From a virus: DNA of 64,000 bases. The first letter of the stretch is position 1. Every line of letters begins with the position of its first letter. Made by a program: the position numbers and the translations under genes. The notes below the pieces were generated by a model. It was given only the letters and a program-made list of their open reading frames with translations. It searched no databases and had not been told where the DNA came from. The stretch is taken from positions 32,001 through 96,000 of the IMG/VR virus record IMGVR_UViG_3300042922_000836; one strand, given 5' to 3'. This document shows positions 57,375-64,000 of the stretch, piece by piece.

Positions 57375-58274
57375 TTATAATTTAAATGTTTTCTTCCACT
57401 GTTGATAATCGTTCATAAAAGCTTTAACTTGACTTGCATTTGGTTCACTATCATGGAAACCTTCTTCGATTAGAATGTCTTTATATTCAATACGATCTGC
57501 CCTACGTTCTTTTTCGTAAATTCGATAATACATACCTGAACGATATACACTCGTAATTGTTAGTTCTTTTGCCCAATCCGTTAGATATATCATTCTACTT
57601 ACTTTACGGAAATTAGTTGATACAGTCATACGAATTAGATAAGGTGTATTCTCTAAGTCTTTTGTATAACTACTACGAATATCACTTTCAATTTCAATAG
57701 TTTTCATTTGAAGTGCTTTTTTAAATGTATGAACTGATTGTGGATAAATTTTATATGTTTTAAAATCAAAATTAACAACACCATGTATTAAATCAATATC
57801 ATCTTTTTTAACATTTACCACATCTTGTATTCCACTAAATGCTAACCACAAAGCTGTACATGCCATTATATCAATTGTATCTACATTGGGATTATAACCA
57901 TACTTATCGAGATGCTCTTGAAAATGTTCTGGTGAACTAATGAGTTCATTCTTATGAGTTTCCATAAATTTAATTTTTGTGCTATCAACATCTTCAAGAA
58001 AGTTAGAGATATTACGGTCAACAAGTTGATTTAAAATACACCAATCAAGATATTTCCGAAGTAGGATAATCATTGAATTTACAGAGTTGGTTGTTTTCCC
58101 ACCACATTGTGCAATAACTGAAACAGCTTTTTCTCTGGTAAATTGTGAAAAATCTTTACCACTGTTTTTCTCAAACATTTCGATTGAGTTGAAAATTCTT
58201 ATGAGTCTGTCTTTTGTCATTTGTACTTCGGTGAAATCTTCAAGAAATTTTTCTTTTTGTTTTGAGTTATACAT
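57375..58274 (-). CDS. MrpR/YopR-like repressor (degenerate tyrosine-recombinase fold)
   Basis: 'MYNSKQKEKFL...KDFSQFT...LRKYLDW...LAFSG...LTITSVYRSGMYY' resembles SPbeta YopR as recalled. The canonical HxxR/Y catalytic set is not evident. Confidence 0.7.
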   Translation of the reverse strand: MYNSKQKEKFLEDFTEVQMTKDRLIRIFNSIEMFEKNSGKDFSQFTREKAVSVIAQCGGKTTNSVNSMIILLRKYLDWCILNQLVDRNISNFLEDVDSTKIKFMETHKNELISSPEHFQEHLDKYGYNPNVDTIDIMACTALWLAFSGIQDVVNVKKDDIDLIHGVVNFDFKTYKIYPQSVHTFKKALQMKTIEIESDIRSSYTKDLENTPYLIRMTVSTNFRKVSRMIYLTDWAKELTITSVYRSGMYYRIYEKERRADRIEYKDILIEEGFHDSEPNASQVKAFMNDYQQWKKTFKL

Positions 58275-58314
58275 TTAATCCCCTCCGTCTATTAATATTA
58301 TTTTCAACATTGAT

Positions 58315-58343
58315 ATTATAGCATGTACGAAACATTTTGTCAA
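58315..58343 (-). promoter_or_regulatory. Promoter of the MrpR-like gene
   Basis: TTGACA-17 bp-TATAAT with an extended TG. Confidence 0.8.
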
Positions 58344-58382
58344 CTGTTTACAATATTGATTAACAAATAATTTACATATCTG

Positions 58383-58886
58383 CTATATATGTATTTTTTG
58401 TTCATAGAGATGTGTGAATTTTTTCAATTCGCTTTGTGTTGGTAAAATTTTATAACATTTACTTTCATAATCATTTTCATGCGGAGAATTATAGAATTCA
58501 TCAGATTTTTCAAATATTTCTAAATAAAATGTTTTATCATATTCACTGATTTCATTGCATGTTGCTTTTATAATACTTTCCCTTTCTGATTGCATCCAAA
58601 TAGCTGGTTTTATTTGAACTTCAATAAATATGATTAAATTTTCATTTACTCTACGAATTAGAAATGATAATTTAACATCATCTTTATTATAAAACACCCA
58701 CTCTTTTTCTTCAGCAATATCAATACATAAAGATTCAAGTAAAACAGTTGTTTCATAGCAATTATTATTAATAATTAAAAGTCCGTTTTCACCTAATATT
58801 ATGTCTGTTTCCTTAATCATATCCCAATCGACAGGTATACTCATTAATATATTATCGTGTCTAATTTTCATTCTTAGATACCTCAT
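58383..58886 (-). CDS. Hypothetical protein
   Basis: 167-aa ORF between the PemK-like and MrpR-like genes; weak RBS. Confidence 0.45.
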   Translation of the reverse strand: MRYLRMKIRHDNILMSIPVDWDMIKETDIILGENGLLIINNNCYETTVLLESLCIDIAEEKEWVFYNKDDVKLSFLIRRVNENLIIFIEVQIKPAIWMQSERESIIKATCNEISEYDKTFYLEIFEKSDEFYNSPHENDYESKCYKILPTQSELKKFTHLYEQKIHI

Positions 58887-58964
58887 TTATAAATTATGTA
58901 GTAAACTATGCTTGAATTTAAATATTACTTTAATCGTATTTTCCAAGCATAATTTGTGGATTCG

Positions 58965-59408
58965 CTAACAAAATGCTACAATGTCTTTAAATTGTGATGT
59001 ATTCTGAACACCTTTGTTATAAGCCATTATTGTTATAGGATTCTGAAATGCCATTGCATATGCTATTTTCAATAACTGGTCTTCTGTTAAATGCCCTACA
59101 CATTCTTCAATTTCATTCTGAGTTAAAGTATCTCTGTTTTCTATCATAACTGTTGAGTCTGCTGTAGTACCAGCAATTTCACCCGCTATGTAGTTTACAT
59201 GTGATGGAGAAGGTTTGCCCCATCTTTTTGAGGTTATCGGGAAAGCTTCAACTACATCAGAAAAATAATTAAACTTGTTGTTAGAAATTATAACGTACAA
59301 ATGTCTTCCCACATATTTTCTGTTTCCGTTAGAACCTTCTCTCTCTACCGTTGCCCAAACTACATCACCAATTTTGTATGATGTTTTTTTTCTTATGTTG
59401 TTATTCAA
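58965..59408 (-). CDS. MazF/PemK-family endoribonuclease-like protein
   Basis: GDVVWA, GRHLYVIISN, PITS, 'STVMIE...TL' and 'VGHL' motifs. TTG start behind GAAAGGAGG. Confidence 0.8.
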   Translation of the reverse strand: MNNNIRKKTSYKIGDVVWATVEREGSNGNRKYVGRHLYVIISNNKFNYFSDVVEAFPITSKRWGKPSPSHVNYIAGEIAGTTADSTVMIENRDTLTQNEIEECVGHLTEDQLLKIAYAMAFQNPITIMAYNKGVQNTSQFKDIVAFC

Positions 59409-59453
59409 GGGGTATACCCCTCCTTTCAATTATCTAACGTTTAAAGTAATAAT

Positions 59454-59482
59454 ATTATACTACCTTTATCTCTTTTTGTCAA
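59454..59482 (-). promoter_or_regulatory. Promoter of the PemK-like gene with adjacent repeat motif
   Basis: TTGACA-17 bp-TATAAT, followed by ATTACTTTAAACGTT (59436-59450). Confidence 0.8.
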
Positions 59483-59933
59483 TAGGTTTTTTTACTTTAT
59501 TTTGTGAATTTTCTGTTACAGAAAACCAATTCAATCGAATTTCTTTATTATATTCCAACAAATTTATTATTTCAATAGGTGACATTTGTGCTTTAATCGG
59601 CATAATATCATTGTTTCTACGTTTATAATAATAATTGTTTTCATTTCTTTTATTATTAAAAGCATTACATTCTATGGAAAATGAAAGATCACAATTATAA
59701 TTATTGCTCCTTTCTATTTTAATATCAACTACATTATCACTGTCTGTGTCAGAAACATTCATACCATTTTTCTTTGCCAATTCAAGAACAGTATGTAAAT
59801 CATTCTTATCTATTTTACTTGTAATGATAGGAATGAGCCATGAGTTTTTATAATTAAATTTATCGGTTAATTTTAATAAATCCATTGTAATAGGAAATTG
59901 AGTTAAAATTTTATCGTTTTCATATATGTTCAT
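59466..59933 (-). CDS. Hypothetical protein
   Basis: Own promoter; RBS GAAGGA. Confidence 0.5.
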   Translation of the reverse strand: MNIYENDKILTQFPITMDLLKLTDKFNYKNSWLIPIITSKIDKNDLHTVLELAKKNGMNVSDTDSDNVVDIKIERSNNYNCDLSFSIECNAFNNKRNENNYYYKRRNNDIMPIKAQMSPIEIINLLEYNKEIRLNWFSVTENSQNKVKKPIDKKR

Positions 59934-60003
59934 ATCTTATATAAGCAGATGTTCTGCTTTTCCTTCTTTCTCTCTCTATAATTTAATAATCAGTAACACA
60001 TTT

Positions 60004-60041
60004 TGTGATATTATTATAAGACAAATATCACAGTTTGTCAA
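60004..60041 (-). promoter_or_regulatory. Promoter with an inverted-repeat operator
   Basis: TTGACA-17 bp-TATAAT; the -10 is bracketed by TGTGATATT/AATATCACA. Confidence 0.75.
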
Positions 60042-60128
60042 GTGTCAAATTTTGATTGTCGATTTTATTTAACCATAAATATTTTAATGCTTTATTATAC
60101 TAAAATATTTTGATGTTTTAGTGATGAA

Positions 60129-60479
60129 TTAATTAATTAAATCCCAATATTTCTCTACAATCGGTTTTGCATCAGTATACTGAGGATATCCATATAAATC
60201 TTCACTTATTGCTGAGTTTAAACAATTTTGAATAATAGCTGTTACATATTTTTTTGTATATTTTATTCTTTTAAACTGCACAATAAAAGCTTTTATATTT
60301 TCTTCTCCGACAGTTGTATTATGCTCTTTTAAATACATATCGCTTTTAATAGGATTTTTTGGGTTCTCATCCAATTCTCTTACTTTTTGTATTAATTTCT
60401 TTTTTTTATATTTGTTATGAAAGAAACAACCAATAGCTACAAAGATCCAAAAATAAGCGATAAATATTGTTAATGCCAT
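60129..60479 (-). CDS. Membrane-anchored hypothetical protein
   Basis: N-terminal TM helix. Confidence 0.5.
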   Translation of the reverse strand: MALTIFIAYFWIFVAIGCFFHNKYKKKKLIQKVRELDENPKNPIKSDMYLKEHNTTVGEENIKAFIVQFKRIKYTKKYVTAIIQNCLNSAISEDLYGYPQYTDAKPIVEKYWDLIN

Positions 60480-60574
60480 AAACTTTCCCCCTTATTATTG
60501 AATTTTAATTATCAGAAGATATGTTTCAAATCATGTGGTATCATTTTTAAATATTAAACATTCAATTCTCATCT

Positions 60575-60790
60575 TTATTTCCTCTCTTTAAGTTTCTTTA
60601 ATTCTTTATTATAAGAAGCTTGTAAATTATTCATAAATTTTACATCTATTTCATTGTAGTTTCCAGTATCACCCTCTATTTCATCTGCAAAGGATACATC
60701 ACTTGCAATAAAACTATCCAAACATTTGTCTTCAATAACATCTTTATTAAAAATATCTTTCGCTGTTTTGTTTTTTTCAGTGTTATTCAT
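60575..60790 (-). CDS. Hypothetical protein
   Basis: RBS plus ATG. Confidence 0.45.
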   Translation of the reverse strand: MNNTEKNKTAKDIFNKDVIEDKCLDSFIASDVSFADEIEGDTGNYNEIDVKFMNNLQASYNKELKKLKERK

Positions 60791-60826
60791 AATGCTAATT
60801 CCTTTTCAAGAAGAATTTATTTTATA

Positions 60827-61348
60827 TTATCTTTCTTGTTCTAATAACCGTCTAACTTTATTAATTTCTTCGTCTGAATGGACTGTACCACCCGCATTGA
60901 ATTCGATATACCATTGAAGAACTTCTTTCCTTGTTTGAAGATCATTTATATTAATTTTCATAACATTCAAAAAATCAGGCTTGTCTTCATATTCATTGAA
61001 ATAATAACCAAGCACTTTAATTTCATTATTAATAAATCTTTTCATAGCAGTAATTCTTTGAAGTCCATCAACACAGACAAATTCTTTATATGGATTATTT
61101 TTATGCCTATATGTCCAATTGGGATGATTTAAATAAACTATTCTTGATGTATTACCACCTTTCAAAATGAATTCAACAAATTTTATTTGTTGATTTTCAA
61201 TCCAAATATTACCTCTTTGAAAATCTGGATTTAAAATTAATCCATCATCTTTTTCCATCCTTTCTATCGATTTTACAAAATCAACTATATCATAATCACC
61301 TTGCCATGATCCATATTTCGTAAACTGTGGAATATCAAAAAATTTCAT
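60827..61348 (-). CDS. DUF262 (ParB/Srx-like) domain protein
   Basis: LNPDFQRGNIW, VDGLQR and FNAGG motifs. Confidence 0.8.
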   Translation of the reverse strand: MKFFDIPQFTKYGSWQGDYDIVDFVKSIERMEKDDGLILNPDFQRGNIWIENQQIKFVEFILKGGNTSRIVYLNHPNWTYRHKNNPYKEFVCVDGLQRITAMKRFINNEIKVLGYYFNEYEDKPDFLNVMKININDLQTRKEVLQWYIEFNAGGTVHSDEEINKVRRLLEQER

Positions 61349-61363
61349 ATGTATTTCCTTTCT

Positions 61364-61729
61364 TTAATCTTCATATGCATTTTTATCTTTCCAAACCCAA
61401 AAACAAGTATCAATATCATTTTGTTCATTGAATTTTGTAAAAGGTATAGTTAGAAAGAAAAACTTATTGTAACCATCTATTGTTTTATCTGAATTTTCCC
61501 AAGTACCACTGATAAAACTATTAATTTTATTTTCTTTCAGATATTCTTTAAAACTTTCAATATTTTCAAGATGTTCTTCTTTTGATTTTGCATTAATTAT
61601 AATAAATTCAAAGCTAAGACCACTAACTGTAGTCCTTTTAAGTAAATGGTTTGTCATGTCCTGTTCTTCTTTTTGAGTTATTACCTGTATTAATTTTGCA
61701 TCCATAATGTGTTTATTCTCCTTTTTCAA
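61364..61729 (-). CDS. Hypothetical protein
   Basis: ORF within the operon. Confidence 0.45.
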   Translation of the reverse strand: MKKENKHIMDAKLIQVITQKEEQDMTNHLLKRTTVSGLSFEFIIINAKSKEEHLENIESFKEYLKENKINSFISGTWENSDKTIDGYNKFFFLTIPFTKFNEQNDIDTCFWVWKDKNAYED

Positions 61730-62099
61730 TTATATTTTTAATCTGCCTGAGCTGATTTAATGATAATTGAGAATCACTACCATATTCAGAGAAATGTTTC
61801 TTAATGAAATCTATAAGATTATGAGATTCAATTTCTATATTGAGAGCTTCTTTGTTTAAATATAATTTCCATTCAGGAGAAAACTGACCACTTCTTTCAC
61901 GAAAATTATCTTCAATATTAAATTGTATTGAACAATGAGGCTCTCCAAAAGTTGTCGTAATGTATTTTCTACCAATATCTACTACAGTTACCTCTTTCAA
62001 AAGGTCATCAAATCGGCTTTTTTGATATCCAATATATTTTATATATACAACTTGTCCTTTTTTGAAATCACTTTTAACCATTGCATTACCAACTTTCAT
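61713..62099 (-). CDS. Hypothetical protein (paralogue of 62096..62539)
   Basis: KSDFKKGQVVYI...EVTV..IG..Y...QF.I...EWKLYL...LS.NQL..I..II. Confidence 0.6.
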   Translation of the reverse strand: MKVGNAMVKSDFKKGQVVYIKYIGYQKSRFDDLLKEVTVVDIGRKYITTTFGEPHCSIQFNIEDNFRERSGQFSPEWKLYLNKEALNIEIESHNLIDFIKKHFSEYGSDSQLSLNQLRQIKNIIEKGE

Positions 62100-62539
62100 T
62101 CATCATTATCATATAATTTACTTATCGTATCGTTCCATTGAAAAAGATTGGTATCTTTTTGCTGTATTGAAATATCTATATTTTCGTATATAATCTCTCT
62201 GATTCTTATAAGCTGATTATATGATAAATTAGCGGAATTTTCATTAAAATTAAAAAATGGCTTAATATCATTTATAATTTTTTCATTTTCAGTTACATAA
62301 TTAGATTCGATATCTTCCTTATGTAAATATAATTTCCATTCGTATGCATATTTGCAAACCTGATGGAATTCATTTTTAATATCAAATTGAATATTATTTA
62401 AATATTCTCTATAATCTACAGTTAAATAATTAACTCCAATACTTTTGACTGTAACTTCTATTACCATATTTGGATTTACGGAAGCTATATAAACCGTTTG
62501 ACTTTTCTTAAAATCACTTTTTTCTATTTTAGACACCAA
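62096..62539 (-). CDS. Hypothetical protein (paralogue of 61713..62099)
   Basis: Same motif series as 61713..62099. Confidence 0.6.
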   Translation of the reverse strand: MVSKIEKSDFKKSQTVYIASVNPNMVIEVTVKSIGVNYLTVDYREYLNNIQFDIKNEFHQVCKYAYEWKLYLHKEDIESNYVTENEKIINDIKPFFNFNENSANLSYNQLIRIREIIYENIDISIQQKDTNLFQWNDTISKLYDNDE

Positions 62540-62570
62540 CTTTCTAAATTCATCTTACATCTATATTTTT

Positions 62571-63164
62571 TTATATTAACCTCATATTATGTTTAGCCTG
62601 ATATTCTGCCCAACAATCCATGAAAGCATTTGAATTATCTTTCAATAACCGTTTGTATTTTCTATATTTCTTTTTCAATTCTTTCATTTCTTCGTATACA
62701 TCTTCATTGACATAACTCCAAATATCAAAATAAATTGTATCGAATTTAGTTCCCTTTGGAAATTCATGCGTAAAACAATCACTTTCTATTATTTTAACTT
62801 TTTCATTTAAAGGGAGTTGGTTTCCGACCAATTCAATTACTTCTTTATATTTTTCCAATATTGTTATTGATTTTACATCAAATTTATCTTGAATTGCTAA
62901 TACAATTAAGCCTAACCCTAACCCAGCGATCAGCACATCACCGTTGGCATTGTATACAAAATTGCTATTTGTTCTTGTTTCCATAGGTGTATTTGACATT
63001 ACACATTCATCATTATATGTAAGCCTAATATAATTTCCATAAGGAATTGTATCCATAATAAATCGGTTTTCTTTTGTTACGGTGAATTTTTCTAATTTAA
63101 ATTTGCCTACTTGCCCTTCTTTTAGAATTTCATGCATTTCTTTATATAAACCTATATGAATCAC
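62571..63164 (-). CDS. Class I SAM-dependent methyltransferase-like protein (spermidine-synthase-like fold)
   Basis: VLIAGLGLG, ITILE, IIESD and FDTIYFDIW motifs. Confidence 0.75.
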   Translation of the reverse strand: MIHIGLYKEMHEILKEGQVGKFKLEKFTVTKENRFIMDTIPYGNYIRLTYNDECVMSNTPMETRTNSNFVYNANGDVLIAGLGLGLIVLAIQDKFDVKSITILEKYKEVIELVGNQLPLNEKVKIIESDCFTHEFPKGTKFDTIYFDIWSYVNEDVYEEMKELKKKYRKYKRLLKDNSNAFMDCWAEYQAKHNMRLI

Positions 63165-63166
63165 TC

Positions 63167-63517
63167 CTATTCATTTTTTAAAATATTTTCTCGGTTTTCA
63201 ATATTCTCTTTGAGTTCACCTTTTAAATATAATTCCTGTTTATATTGTCTTAATTTTCTAACAGATTCCGTTAATTTTTTTCTGTCAGAATATTCTTGCC
63301 AGTGTTCCTTTTGCCTTATTCTTCTTTTTTCGGCTATTTCAGGATTGACTATTATTTGAATTAATGTTCTGCTAACACCAAATTGTTTTGCTAAAATTCT
63401 TGTTCCGACTTTTTGCGTTTTATATATTTCTCTGATTTCATGTTTTTGTTCATCTGTTAGTTTTTTTCGTCTATCTTGTAGACCTGTTAATTTAATTTTC
63501 TCACTTTTATATGGCAC
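63167..63517 (-). CDS. Helix-turn-helix DNA-binding protein
   Basis: KLT...EIR...RILAKQFGVSRTLIQII. Confidence 0.7.
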   Translation of the reverse strand: MPYKSEKIKLTGLQDRRKKLTDEQKHEIREIYKTQKVGTRILAKQFGVSRTLIQIIVNPEIAEKRRIRQKEHWQEYSDRKKLTESVRKLRQYKQELYLKGELKENIENRENILKNE

Positions 63518-63540
63518 TAATTCCTCTCCTATTATAATTA

Positions 63541-63729
63541 TTAATATTTTATATTCAAATTATCATATTGCTCATCGGTTATAGAAATTACATCAAGAAT
63601 TTTAACTTCTGTTGTAGTTCCTGATATAAATCTTTTTTGTCCTTTTTTCCAAGAATAATTATCACTTGATAACCACCATAAATTTTTCTTTGATTTTGTA
63701 TATTGAGCCAATATTAGATAATGTTCCAT
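63541..63729 (-). CDS. Hypothetical protein
   Basis: GAGG RBS plus ATG. Confidence 0.45.
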   Translation of the reverse strand: MEHYLILAQYTKSKKNLWWLSSDNYSWKKGQKRFISGTTTEVKILDVISITDEQYDNLNIKY

Positions 63730-63747
63730 TTCTTTTTCCTCTCAATC

Positions 63748-63975
63748 TTAAAATACCCATTGTTCTCTGTCAATCATTAAATGAAATTCATTTCTACTGA
63801 TATGTGCATTTTTAATTGCAAGTTCCTGATATTCTTTTGGTATATCTTTTAATTTATATCCTTTTTGAACTTTGCCTGTATTATCTTCAAAAATAATAAT
63901 CATATTTTGATTTAAAAACGGTAATATTTCATTTACTTTCATTTTATCATTCATATCATTTTTAATTTCTAACAT
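63748..63975 (-). CDS. Hypothetical protein
   Basis: RBS plus ATG. Confidence 0.45.
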   Translation of the reverse strand: MLEIKNDMNDKMKVNEILPFLNQNMIIIFEDNTGKVQKGYKLKDIPKEYQELAIKNAHISRNEFHLMIDREQWVF

Positions 63976-64000
63976 ATATAGCCTTTCTGTGGGATTTAAC

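Noticed and set aside
57375-58274. Second active integrase (tyrosine recombinase)
   Set aside because: Catalytic HxxR and Tyr motifs are not evident; resemblance to a YopR/MrpR repressor fits better.
62809-62824. AAAGGGAGTTGG match complementary to the sRNA seed
   Set aside because: It is on the non-coding strand of a minus-strand gene, so the mRNA cannot pair with the sRNA; likely chance.
17142-63359. Numerous short plus-strand ORFs in the track opposite minus-strand genes
   Set aside because: Antisense shadows of real genes, with no RBS or recognisable motifs.
1-64000. tRNA, rRNA or CRISPR arrays; stop-codon reassignment
   Set aside because: None recognised by eye. Genes are full length in the standard code, so the TAA at attP is not explained by genome-wide recoding.

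Overview
AT-rich segment of a large temperate siphophage from a Firmicutes (probably clostridial) host, organised like the SPbeta-type phages. Plus strand, 1-12.5 kb: tail fibre/baseplate genes and a lysis cassette. At 12.5-14.6 kb: a candidate sRNA and a two-gene moron with its own promoter. At 14.57-14.62 kb: an intact 50-bp attP, so the window shows the excised/virion form. The rest is a long minus-strand arm: serine integrase, nucleotide metabolism (dUTPase, class II RNR), an ADP-ribose/repair cluster (WGR-PARP, macrodomain, DNA ligase, NADAR, RNA ligase, PNK-HD), a replication module (AAA, DnaB, primase, DnaE), an NAD+ reconstitution pair (Adps/Namat-like), an MrpR/YopR-like repressor and an orphan MazF/PemK. 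Top finding: an unannotated 53-codon copy of the 5' end of host yyaL (DUF255), with its own promoter, points into attP. The attP core encodes the yyaL 'CHW' motif in the same frame, but behind a 21-nt insert that starts with TAA. This suggests the gene is restored after integration by recoding or bypassing. Other highlights: a potentially closed phage ADP-ribose write/erase/recycle circuit, ATA/ATC start codons on replication genes, and a recurring 15-bp intergenic operator-like motif. All family calls come from motif recognition by eye; no database searches were run.
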